Source of the DNA: a virus
Lineage: Duplodnaviria; Caudoviricetes
Virus record (IMG/VR): IMGVR_UViG_3300047160_002980
Coordinates: 5,918 to 69,917 of that record
DNA: 64,000 nt
Reading direction: 5' to 3' (one strand)
Positions within the stretch are counted from its first letter, which is position 1, and the number at the start of each line of letters is the position of its first letter. Shown in pieces: positions 33,474 through 42,255 of the stretch. A model generated the notes under the pieces. The model worked only from the letters and a program-made list of their open reading frames with translations, was not told where the DNA came from and made no database searches. Both the position numbers and the translations under genes were made by a program.

Positions 33474-36255
33474 TGGCCGTCCTCGCGTTGCGCCCGGTGA
33501 TCTGCGCCTGCCGCCGCTCGTGGATATGGCGGACCACGTGCCGGGCAACGTCGTCAGGATGAGCCGTGCCGTTCACGTTCACCGTGACGACCTGATTATT
33601 GGTCGTGGTCCCTGGCTTATCGGCATACATCCACGCCGCCTGCCGGATATAGGCGCGATGGGCGCGACCGCCGAAATCGAAGTGCATCAGGTCCGGCTCG
33701 TATCGGTTCGCCCGGCTCGTGCCAAATTCGCCGCCCCAGGCAGCCTTACTCGCCAGTTCCGGGTGCAGCTTGAGGACCTGTTGATACCACTCGTGCGCCA
33801 GCCGGGTGTACATGCCGGTGACGTCCGCCCCGCGATTGGGTATCGGCTGCCCGTTATAGAGGATTTTGACGTCCATCGCGTTGCCGCTGATGTGCTGCGA
33901 TCCCGGCGAATGACCCTGTGCCGGCCCTCCCTGGCCCGCCGTCGCCACGATGCTGTAGCCTTCCGGCATAAAGGCCGATGCCGCTTTCAGGGTCTCAGCC
34001 AGCGCAGGCCGGACCTTGCTCATATCGACCCTGCCGGGGTCCCATCGGACCCGGCCCGTTCCTGGCCCGCCGGCCAGGGGTCCTCCGGGCTGATCGCCCG
34101 CGACGACCGGCGCGCCCGGCTTCGGTCCCATGCCGCCGCCCGGCTGCTCGCCACCGAGATAGCGCGTCGCGTACTCCTGGAGCTTTTCCGGCGAGACGTT
34201 CCGGCGACCGCCAAACTCGTTTTGCTGCATGACGTCGAGAACCTTCGCCAGGATCGCCGGGTCCTGGAGGTTCAAGTGCTTGTCGATATCGCCCAGCGCC
34301 GCCTGGGCGCGCCGCATCATCTGCGGCTGGCTCGGGTTCTCAAAGAGCGGTGCCCATTTTTGGATAATGCCGCGCATCGTGTCGATGCCGCCGCCCGCGT
34401 ATGTGCTGCTCATCAGGAGCCGCGCCGCGTCGGCGACCCCGGCGAACTCGCTGGCATAGGTCCGAAACCCGCCCATGCGCGAGGGCGCGCGGATACCGGC
34501 GAAGTTGAAGCCGCCCTTCTGCCATCCCTGGTCGTGACCTTCGGCGAAATGGGCCGGGGCCGAGCCGGTGTACCACGTCGTCCCCTCGCCCTGGATCGGA
34601 CCACCGCCGGAAGCGGGCGGGGCGGCGGTCCCGGACTGGCTCGGTGGGGTGCCGGCGGAACTCGCCGCGCCAGTGTTATCGCTGCCGCCTCGCTTGTCGC
34701 GCGGGGTCCCGTCCGCCTTGAGGTTCAGCGCGTCGCGGATCGCCTCGATCAGCCGCTCCCAGAAAGCCGGGACGACCATGACGTAGGGATGGAACGCCTC
34801 CGACCCGGACCACCAGTGCTGGAACCCCTGGAGGAGAAGGTTCAGGTCGCCTTCGGCCCCGATGCCGGGGATCGGCGACCCGCCGTAACTGTGCGGACGA
34901 TCCGGGCTAAACCAGTTGCGGATCGCATCGTGAGCGCGCCCCGGCGCGCCAAAGATTTTTGAGAACCATCCGCCGGTCGTCTCGTCGAGTGACTTCTGAA
35001 TGTCCGCTTGCTTCTTTTTGTTCTTTGCCGAGTTCGGGTCGAAATCTTCGGCGTCCGCGTTGGCGACCTCATACGCCGCCGCGAGCCACGGCAGGAACGC
35101 CAACCAGCCGCCGATATTTGTTCGTCCGCCCGGCTTAAAGCTAGCAGCACTGCCGGGCTTTGCGGCAGCGCCGCCGCCAGGACCGCCAGCGCCCATGCCG
35201 CCACCAAGCATGGCGATCTTTTTCATGTTCTCGTAGAGCTTGACGACGGCAGCTACCGCCTTGATCCCGAGACCGGCGACAAACAGACCGATAATCCACT
35301 CAACGTGATTGCCGACGAAGACGAGAATCTTATCGAGTTGATCGAGGGCCTTGTTGAACTTCTCGATATTCTCCTTGGTAAAAGCCTTCTCTATCTCCGT
35401 CGCAATATTGCCGAGCGCGGTCCCTATGTCGCTAAAGAACTTCTCGATTTTTGGGATCGTCTCCGGGTCGTTGATCCAGTCGTCGAGTATCTTGGTCCAT
35501 CGCTTAACGTGTTCGGCCCCAGGTCCGGCAAGCCAGTGGGCGAAGTCTTTGAACAGCTTGTCGAGCAGCGGCATCGTGTGGATGCTCAGCACGTTGAAGC
35601 CGGTCTTGACCTCCTCCCAAACCAGCCGCCAGTCGTTCATCACGCTGACGGACTGCTTTGCCGCCAGTTCGCTGTTCAGACCGAAGGCGTGATAAATCTC
35701 CTCAGCCTTCTTCGACCACTCGATCTCCTGGTCGCGGTTGAGCGCCCGCTGACGCTCCATGTCCGGGTCAATCCCGAACCGCCGCATCCGCCGCCGCAGC
35801 TGCGCTTCCGCGAAGACTTGCGCCTGTCCCCCCATCTTGAGGACTTCGGCGTACTGGTCGCGGAAGCGATCGAGGATTTCCTTGGGTGTCGTCGCGCCGG
35901 TAAAGGCCCCCGCTAGGTTCCTCAGTCCTGGCCGGTCGAGAAGCGACGATTGCAGACTGGAAATCGCCGTGTCGGCGTCCTTGGCGCTCAGCCCGATTTG
36001 CCCGAAGGCAAACTCGACGGCCTGAAGCTGCTGAACCGCGACGCCGGTCTGTTGTGACAGATAAAACAGATTTTCGAAGTGGACCGCCGTTCGGCGAACC
36101 GACTCCTCGACGCTCGCCATAAAGCCGACGACGCCGACGGCGAAGTTGCGAACCAAGTGGCTCGTCTTCTCTATCGACTCGGCGAATTGCGCCGCCGACT
36201 GCTTATTGACGGTGTAGGAGAGGAGGACCTGAAACGATTTGATGACGTCAGCCAT
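33466..36255 (-). CDS. tape measure protein with lysozyme-like and M15-type Zn-peptidase domains
   Basis: MADVIKSFQVLL helical N-terminus; IIQKWAP..EN motif; SQHISGNAMD and DLMHFD. Confidence 0.88.
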   Translation of the reverse strand: MADVIKSFQVLLSYTVNKQSAAQFAESIEKTSHLVRNFAVGVVGFMASVEESVRRTAVHFENLFYLSQQTGVAVQQLQAVEFAFGQIGLSAKDADTAISSLQSSLLDRPGLRNLAGAFTGATTPKEILDRFRDQYAEVLKMGGQAQVFAEAQLRRRMRRFGIDPDMERQRALNRDQEIEWSKKAEEIYHAFGLNSELAAKQSVSVMNDWRLVWEEVKTGFNVLSIHTMPLLDKLFKDFAHWLAGPGAEHVKRWTKILDDWINDPETIPKIEKFFSDIGTALGNIATEIEKAFTKENIEKFNKALDQLDKILVFVGNHVEWIIGLFVAGLGIKAVAAVVKLYENMKKIAMLGGGMGAGGPGGGAAAKPGSAASFKPGGRTNIGGWLAFLPWLAAAYEVANADAEDFDPNSAKNKKKQADIQKSLDETTGGWFSKIFGAPGRAHDAIRNWFSPDRPHSYGGSPIPGIGAEGDLNLLLQGFQHWWSGSEAFHPYVMVVPAFWERLIEAIRDALNLKADGTPRDKRGGSDNTGAASSAGTPPSQSGTAAPPASGGGPIQGEGTTWYTGSAPAHFAEGHDQGWQKGGFNFAGIRAPSRMGGFRTYASEFAGVADAARLLMSSTYAGGGIDTMRGIIQKWAPLFENPSQPQMMRRAQAALGDIDKHLNLQDPAILAKVLDVMQQNEFGGRRNVSPEKLQEYATRYLGGEQPGGGMGPKPGAPVVAGDQPGGPLAGGPGTGRVRWDPGRVDMSKVRPALAETLKAASAFMPEGYSIVATAGQGGPAQGHSPGSQHISGNAMDVKILYNGQPIPNRGADVTGMYTRLAHEWYQQVLKLHPELASKAAWGGEFGTSRANRYEPDLMHFDFGGRAHRAYIRQAAWMYADKPGTTTNNQVVTVNVNGTAHPDDVARHVVRHIHERRQAQITGRNARTAIG

Positions 36256-36492
36256 CGCGCGGCCTCATCGCCTCGTTAGCCCGATTTTGGTTTTCCTGAT
36301 CGACCGTCGCGTACTCGTTCATCATCTCGATATCGTCGAGACTGAGCGTGCCGTCGAGCAAGGATTCGTAGCGACACATGCCGAGAGCAACGGGCCGCAG
36401 GACCCATTGCTCGTCGATATCGTGCATCGTTACGAACTCGACGGGGACGGGGAATCCTCTGCCGGCGAACTCTGGCCGCCAAGTAACCCTGG
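36248..36492 (-). CDS. tail assembly chaperone C-terminal extension (gpT-like, probable -1 frameshift product)
   Basis: WVLRPVALGMCRYESLLDGTLSLDDIEMMN; lies in the -1 frame relative to the chaperone. Confidence 0.7.
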
Positions 36493-36921
36493 CAAAAAGG
36501 GGGCGAGATTTTCGTTGACCACCGCCATGACCAAGTTGATCAGGACCTCCAGGGTCGTGGTCTCCTGAAACATCAGCGTCGTCCCTTGCGCCATCTTGGC
36601 CCAGTTCGACCCGTTCCACCGGTCACAGACGCTGAGACACTTGAAGATCACATAGTTGACGTCGTCGTCCGTCATCTTCGCCAGGATTTCCGAGATCGGC
36701 ATCATTACTTCGAACATGGTCTGCGTCGGGATGCCGCCCTCGTCCTCGCCGTTTGCCATCGCCAAGTGACCGTTGATCTGCTGGGCCTTGTTCGCGATCT
36801 CGGCGTAGCCGCCCATCATGGTGAACCAGATCGGTGCAACTTTCCGGGCGACATGCGCCTGATCGAAAACATTCATCCGGTTGATCCGGTAGCGCCCGCC
36901 TGCGATCTCGACTTCCGCCAT
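36430..36921 (-). CDS. tail assembly chaperone (gpG-like)
   Basis: YRINRMNVFDQAHVARKVAP…ENLAPFL; lies between tube and TMP. Confidence 0.85.
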   Translation of the reverse strand: MAEVEIAGGRYRINRMNVFDQAHVARKVAPIWFTMMGGYAEIANKAQQINGHLAMANGEDEGGIPTQTMFEVMMPISEILAKMTDDDVNYVIFKCLSVCDRWNGSNWAKMAQGTTLMFQETTTLEVLINLVMAVVNENLAPFLPGLLGGQSSPAEDSPSPSSS

Positions 36922-36925
36922 TTAG

Positions 36926-37393
36926 TTACCCCGCTACGCCAGTCGCCGCCGCGATCCCGCTCCCGAGGACGAAGTCAACGACGCCAGCGTGAAACGTCCA
37001 CGTCATTTCACCGCCATCTTTGGCGTAGGTGACATCGGCAAATTTGGCAAAGGCTGCGTCTCGGCAGACGATCACGTCGTTGCGCGACATGTCGCGGACG
37101 CTGATCGTGTTGAACCCCCAGTTCTGGGAGTTCTGCGCGTCGGCGGCATACATCGCCGACAACAGAGCGTTCGTCGGCGAGGTCTTGAGAAGACGTACCG
37201 TCACCGTCGCCGACTTGCTGGCGTGGAGCGAGTGCATGACCTGACCGTCAGCACCCAGCGTCATGGTGTCCTTGTCTTCGGTCATCACCACGCTGATGCC
37301 GCCTTCGGCGTCCCCCGCGCCGGCCCCCAGGCTAAACGAGCCGTTCGGACCAACGATGCTGCACATGTTGTCCTGAAATGAGTAGGTCGCCAC
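36926..37393 (-). CDS. tail tube protein (DUF3277)
   Basis: MATYSF…EGGISV…GADG..MHSL…TVRLLKTSPTNALLS. Confidence 0.9.
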   Translation of the reverse strand: MATYSFQDNMCSIVGPNGSFSLGAGAGDAEGGISVVMTEDKDTMTLGADGQVMHSLHASKSATVTVRLLKTSPTNALLSAMYAADAQNSQNWGFNTISVRDMSRNDVIVCRDAAFAKFADVTYAKDGGEMTWTFHAGVVDFVLGSGIAAATGVAG

Positions 37394-37431
37394 TTCTCCC
37401 TCCGTGAGGCTAGGTCGTTGAAATCAAAGGA

Positions 37432-38925
37432 TCACCGATTGACGTTGATCAAAACGTCGGAGAAATGGACCGCGCCCGCGAGTTTTACCGCGATCTGGAT
37501 CAGGGGCGCGATGCGCTGTTCGCGGGTCGGCTGATCCTGGTCATCGACCGACTGGGCGTAGGTGTACCATCCGCTCGCCAGGAGCGCCCCCTGGTACAGC
37601 TGGCCGAAGCCCGGCGCGTTCCACCGGCCCGGCGCGATCAGCCCATTGGTGACACCTTGTGACAGCCCGCCGTCGGCGGCGGTGACCAACACATGGACGC
37701 CGGGGTCGGTCTGCGGAATTTTTGGTGACTGATAGAGGACGTTCCACATGTCGTTCTGCACGCGGTTCGCTAACCAGTCCAGCCCGGTCATCTCGTCGAA
37801 GTAGGCCCGCCCGCTGCAGACGCCCTCCTCCAGGATCGCGGTCCCGTTATTGTAGATGACGTAGGCGTTCAGCCTCTTGTTGGCGAGCGTACTCGCCTGC
37901 GTGGCGTTCATCAGCTCCGGGGTCACTCCAGGCTCTTGTTTAAATTTCATCGTAATCGTTGTGTTTGACCCCTCGTAGTTCACCGTCAAAGCGCGCCCGA
38001 GATACGAGTTCACCGCGTGCGGCGTGTTCGACCATTGGATGACCGTCCGCATGTAGTCGGCGAGCATCGCCTGCGACCCGATATCGGTGGTGTTCGCCGG
38101 GTCGAGACAGGACCCCTCGTTTGTGGTGATCCCGTAGATATGCTTGTCGCTCGCCGCCTCGATATAACCCGAGATCGCCAGATGCTGCACGTCGGTCAGA
38201 ACGTGGGTCGCGGCGAAGGTCAGCGCATACCATCCGTACCCGTCCACGCGCGCGACCGCCGCAACCGGGGTCTCAATCGCCATGCCGGGGACGCTCCGCA
38301 CAGCCAGAGCGGCAGTGCAAAACATCTGGGTCGCGAGGTCGGTGATCGGCGGGGTCGGCGGGGTCAGGAAGGTAACCTGCGAGGTCGGCCCCGAGGATTT
38401 CGACTGGAACTGAAACGCCTGACCATTCCACACACAGGTCGCGTTAACCGACGGCACCGCTGCCGCCATCGCCGTGTTGATGATCGTCGCGACGCCGTTC
38501 AGATTGACGGCGGTCGAGAGATTGATCCCGCCGACATGGACGGCGGTCGCGCCATCGATCCCGATAGTAAAGCCGCCGCTGGTGACGACGGTCCAGAGCG
38601 ACATCGCCTGTTGCGCGTTGGGGATCGGCCCGCCGGTCATCCGGCCCGAGGTCGGCGTTGCCGCCCAGGCTCCGATCAGCAGCTGATTCGGCTGCGGGAC
38701 CTGGGAGAAGTAAAGATCGGCGGCGAGATATTCCGGCGCGGTCGTGCCAAAATCGGCGGCGACGTCGGCGATGGAGTTGTACTCCCTCATCGCCTCGCCC
38801 GTGTCCACGACCCCGGAGTCGCCCATGATCAGCAGATTAAACGGCTGCTGCACCGCCGAGACCGGCGCAAACGACACTTCGACATCGACGACGCGCGATA
38901 CGCTCAAGCCTTGGTTGGTCGCCAT
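37432..38925 (-). CDS. tail sheath protein (DUF3383)
   Basis: ADFGTTAPEYLAADLYFSQ…ITMKFKQEPG…KIPQTDPG…KLAGAVH. Confidence 0.92.
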   Translation of the reverse strand: MATNQGLSVSRVVDVEVSFAPVSAVQQPFNLLIMGDSGVVDTGEAMREYNSIADVAADFGTTAPEYLAADLYFSQVPQPNQLLIGAWAATPTSGRMTGGPIPNAQQAMSLWTVVTSGGFTIGIDGATAVHVGGINLSTAVNLNGVATIINTAMAAAVPSVNATCVWNGQAFQFQSKSSGPTSQVTFLTPPTPPITDLATQMFCTAALAVRSVPGMAIETPVAAVARVDGYGWYALTFAATHVLTDVQHLAISGYIEAASDKHIYGITTNEGSCLDPANTTDIGSQAMLADYMRTVIQWSNTPHAVNSYLGRALTVNYEGSNTTITMKFKQEPGVTPELMNATQASTLANKRLNAYVIYNNGTAILEEGVCSGRAYFDEMTGLDWLANRVQNDMWNVLYQSPKIPQTDPGVHVLVTAADGGLSQGVTNGLIAPGRWNAPGFGQLYQGALLASGWYTYAQSVDDQDQPTREQRIAPLIQIAVKLAGAVHFSDVLINVNR

Positions 38926-38935
38926 GAGGTTCTCC

Positions 38936-39478
38936 TCAGAGAAGCGGAAAGCCGATGATGTAGAGATCGACGATGACTGGGGATGGCTCTGGCGTGTTGA
39001 CGTTGAAATAGAGCGCCCCGGAAAAGCTGTAAGTGTCGGTGTTGTTGTTTTGCTGCTTTGCGATAGAGCCTGAATTGGGTAGCCAGCTATTCATGCTGAA
39101 GACGGTGACCCCGGTCCCGTTCGGCCCGGAATTGATCCCGCCATAGCAGGTGCCAGTTCCTACCCCCGAGGGTTTGACGAGATAGGCCCCCGTCAGGACG
39201 CAGGCCGTCGTGCCGGGCGGCAGGGTCAGCGGAATTGCGGTGTCGCCGACAACCGACAGATCAACGGCACGGACGAGTCCGACGATGCCGGTGTTGCCTT
39301 TGCTGAGGATATAGTCGCTGACCTGCGCCATCGACATGCGCGCTAGCGGGTCGGTCGGGCCGCAACCGCCGGCCTTCTGGCAGACGAGGAACTCGTCGGT
39401 GTCCTGCGCCGCCACCGCGTTCGGCAGCGCCGACATCGAGGTGACCGGCGGCGCTAGCGTGTCGCGGGTGTCGCTCAT
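38936..39478 (-). CDS. extra putative structural protein between tail terminator and sheath
   Basis: ATGA coupling; beta-rich composition. Confidence 0.7.
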   Translation of the reverse strand: MSDTRDTLAPPVTSMSALPNAVAAQDTDEFLVCQKAGGCGPTDPLARMSMAQVSDYILSKGNTGIVGLVRAVDLSVVGDTAIPLTLPPGTTACVLTGAYLVKPSGVGTGTCYGGINSGPNGTGVTVFSMNSWLPNSGSIAKQQNNNTDTYSFSGALYFNVNTPEPSPVIVDLYIIGFPLL

Positions 39479-40179
39479 GTTCCGCTCCCCAGGACGCCCC
39501 CGGTGCCGGTGAGCAGCATCGCGCCCGCGCTGCCCAGCACCTGCGGCGTCGGCTGCACGACCTGCGGGATAAAGCCGGTGTCGAAGTCGTCGGTGATGGT
39601 GCGGGTGCCGTCTCCCGGCGGCTGGGCGATAATCTCGCCCTGCGCCCGGAGCAGCGTTCTGACCGGGTAGTTGTACCTGATCTCGCGGCGCAGGATCAGA
39701 TTAACGTCAATCCGGTTGATCCAGATATTCTGGATAATTTCCGGGACGCGCGCCAGTTCGGTGGTCTCCACGAGACCGACGGCGTTCGCCCGCAGCACGG
39801 CGCGGTTCTGCCAGACGTAGAGACCGCGCCGCAGATAGCTCGCGTACAGCCCGGCGTTTGGCCCGTAGAAGGTACACAGAACCACGCTGATCTCATGTTC
39901 CTGGAGGAGGTCGTCGCCCTCTCCAGCGTCCGAGTGACCAATCCACGGGTTCGGATCGACCCTGGTCTCGGTGACGCCGACGGCGACCCAGTCGCTATTG
40001 AGGTCCGGCAGATTGGGCGGCTCGTTCTGCCATCGCGGGCGGACCATGGTCGGGTCCATCCCGGTGACCCCGGCGACCAGGGCTTGCAGGAAATCGTCGT
40101 ACTTGTCGTCGTCAATCGGCTGCGGCGTCGCTTCCGGGCCGAGAAAGCCCGGCGTGGTCGAATCGAGAACAAACGCCAT
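39475..40179 (-). CDS. neck / tail terminator protein
   Basis: VRPRWQNEPP…TFYGPNA…LRRGL…QN; conserved position before the sheath. Confidence 0.8.
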   Translation of the reverse strand: MAFVLDSTTPGFLGPEATPQPIDDDKYDDFLQALVAGVTGMDPTMVRPRWQNEPPNLPDLNSDWVAVGVTETRVDPNPWIGHSDAGEGDDLLQEHEISVVLCTFYGPNAGLYASYLRRGLYVWQNRAVLRANAVGLVETTELARVPEIIQNIWINRIDVNLILRREIRYNYPVRTLLRAQGEIIAQPPGDGTRTITDDFDTGFIPQVVQPTPQVLGSAGAMLLTGTGGVLGSGT

Positions 40180-40182
40180 CGG

Positions 40183-40527
40183 CTAATGCCGGGTCGGCAC
40201 AAACCGCGAGCGGACACCATGGCCCATGATCGGTGTCTGGCGACGCACGACCGGCGGGTTCGCCGCCAGCCCGAGGATCGCATCCGGCTTGTCGCCCGCC
40301 ATGAGGTCGGACAATTCCTTGGCGATAGCGGTGTGCATCTCGGCCATGGCGGTAGCCTGTTCGGCGGTCGGGTCCTTCGGCGGCGCGTGATCCTCACCGC
40401 CCTCGCGGGTCGGACGCCGCCGGCCATTGCCGGACGTCTCTGCGGGTTTTTGCTCGCCGTACCACTCGGCCATCTTGACGTGGTAATCGACGATCCGCCC
40501 CAGTCGGGTGTGTTCCATCTGGTTCAT
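40183..40527 (-). CDS. hypothetical protein (114 aa)
   Basis: ATGA overlap; in operon. Confidence 0.6.
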   Translation of the reverse strand: MNQMEHTRLGRIVDYHVKMAEWYGEQKPAETSGNGRRRPTREGGEDHAPPKDPTAEQATAMAEMHTAIAKELSDLMAGDKPDAILGLAANPPVVRRQTPIMGHGVRSRFVPTRH

Positions 40528-41060
40528 GGGAGCTTCCCTTTCTCGACCACAGAAGTAATCGCCTTGACGAGGTTGCCGGTGTCATAAAGCGGCGTCGTGT
40601 CACTGGCCGATTTAGCCTTGCGCCGGTACTTCGATCCCTTCGACCGGCGGCGGCGCGCGGCGATTGTTGCCGGCTTTAATGGCGGTGGAATCCCGGCCCT
40701 GATCCGGTTACGGACCCCGTTGACCGCCGCCTGACCGGCAGCCATCAGCGCCTTCTCGACCGCGCCGGGGTCCCACATCAGACCGGTCGCCGCCTCGCCG
40801 GCCCGCTCCATCTGCTTCTGCCACGCATCGCGCGACGCGAGGACCCCCGGCACCAGCCAGGGCCGGGGCGGGATATTCCTGATCGGCGAGCCATGCTCAT
40901 GGATATAGCCGAGCGCGGCATTGCCGATTGTGTCCGGGGCCGGGCGCGGGTCCTTGTCCTCCGGGATACCGACCAGCACGCGGAACTCGGATAGCTTTTG
41001 TATATTTTCGGCGAGCTTTGCAGTGTTATCGAGCGTGACGACGATCTTGGCGTCGGCCAT
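40524..41060 (-). CDS. neck protein (HK97 gp10 / virion morphogenesis-like)
   Basis: VLVGIP…NAALGYIHEHGSP..NIPPRPWL…PLYDTGNL. Confidence 0.85.
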   Translation of the reverse strand: MADAKIVVTLDNTAKLAENIQKLSEFRVLVGIPEDKDPRPAPDTIGNAALGYIHEHGSPIRNIPPRPWLVPGVLASRDAWQKQMERAGEAATGLMWDPGAVEKALMAAGQAAVNGVRNRIRAGIPPPLKPATIAARRRRSKGSKYRRKAKSASDTTPLYDTGNLVKAITSVVEKGKLP

Positions 41061-41443
41061 CAGGCTTGCGGCGCGTTCGGGACCGCGACCGTGGTGGAAC
41101 ACTGCGCCACCACAATCCCCTGTCCATATTGGCTGTAGTCTTCGACATTCGACACGACGTAGAGCGTCCCCCGATACATGATCTGGTCCGGCTGAAATCC
41201 GGGCGACGCGCCTTTGAGGCGATAGGGCGTCACGATAGTAATCGTCTTGCGGTTGGTCTCGTAGTCGGCCTGCCGGACCAGCGCGTTATCGCCGGTTGGA
41301 TAGATCGTTCCCTGCGCCTGGGCGATCACCTGACTGGTGGACGAGCGGCCAAACTCGGTAATGGTCTCGGGCCGGCTCATTACCTGGAACCAGTCGGCGA
41401 ACTCCGGGCAGACCGGGACATCGGAGACATCGAGCGTCGCCAT
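41060..41443 (-). CDS. head closure (stopper) protein
   Basis: MATLDVSDV…F…GTIYP…PDQIMYRG..Y.V…YG.G. Confidence 0.8.
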   Translation of the reverse strand: MATLDVSDVPVCPEFADWFQVMSRPETITEFGRSSTSQVIAQAQGTIYPTGDNALVRQADYETNRKTITIVTPYRLKGASPGFQPDQIMYRGTLYVVSNVEDYSQYGQGIVVAQCSTTVAVPNAPQA

Positions 41444-42255
41444 TACGAGCTAAATCCCGCGATAGAGGGGAACGGCCAGGGGCCGGACCACGCCCCGACC
41501 GGGAGCGTTGCGTTCGCCGCCGGGGACGGCGGATAGGTCGCCGCGCCGATCTGGAGCGGGGTGCCGACACCGAGGAGGCGCGCCATCGACCAGAACTGGC
41601 GACCGTAGATAGTCAGGTTATACTGGCCCGCGCCGTCCTCCGAACCAAGCTGGTTATCGTAGGCGACCGAGACCGGCCCGACCGATTTCGACGAGACGAG
41701 ACCCGAGACGCCGGTCCCGGCATTGCCCGCTGCCAGCCCGTCGGGTCCCATCTTGGTTAGCTCGTGCGCGGCCCAGAGCGCCTGCCCCAGCTGAAATTGC
41801 TTGCCCCAGATACAGCACTGGATCGGACAGAGGTTGATCCACGCTTGAATCATCGCGTCGGTGTAAGGCGGGTCCGGGAAGTTAATCCCGAGAAGGGCGC
41901 GAAATGTAGTTACAGTGACCGGCGCGCAGGGATCGGCCACCGGCTCGACGATAGTGCATTCGATCCCGGCCTGATCGGTCAGGGTCCGCCCGTCGCTCGT
42001 CTGCACGGCGACTTGCAGGATATAGAAACACCCGTCCAGCATGTTCCCGACCAGGGCGTTGGTCTTCAGCGGACTGAAGGTCGGCGGGCTAAGGATACGC
42101 GAGGTCGGGTTAAGGTCCTGGACCGGCGAGGTCGGATCGACGATACACATCCACGCCGCCGCCGTGATCGTCCCGGTCCCCGCCAGCTGGGCGGTAAAAT
42201 CGAAGACGAAGCTATCGCTGGCCGGGGCCGGCGGGATCGGGCCAAACATGTCCAT
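41443..42255 (-). CDS. head-tail connector (DUF4054) with an N-terminal fibre-adaptor-like domain
   Basis: C-terminal LWAAHEL…VSSKSVGPVSVAYD…YNLTIYGRQFW; N-terminal FVFDF…TI..AAW…V..SDGRT. Confidence 0.8.
   Translation of the reverse strand: MDMFGPIPPAPASDSFVFDFTAQLAGTGTITAAAWMCIVDPTSPVQDLNPTSRILSPPTFSPLKTNALVGNMLDGCFYILQVAVQTSDGRTLTDQAGIECTIVEPVADPCAPVTVTTFRALLGINFPDPPYTDAMIQAWINLCPIQCCIWGKQFQLGQALWAAHELTKMGPDGLAAGNAGTGVSGLVSSKSVGPVSVAYDNQLGSEDGAGQYNLTIYGRQFWSMARLLGVGTPLQIGAATYPPSPAANATLPVGAWSGPWPFPSIAGFSS

Noticed and set aside
33343-34962. Long plus-strand ORFs opposite structural genes (for example 539 aa here, also 19553, 38017, 47261)
   Set aside because: Typical antisense shadows of high-GC3 coding DNA; no RBS or motifs
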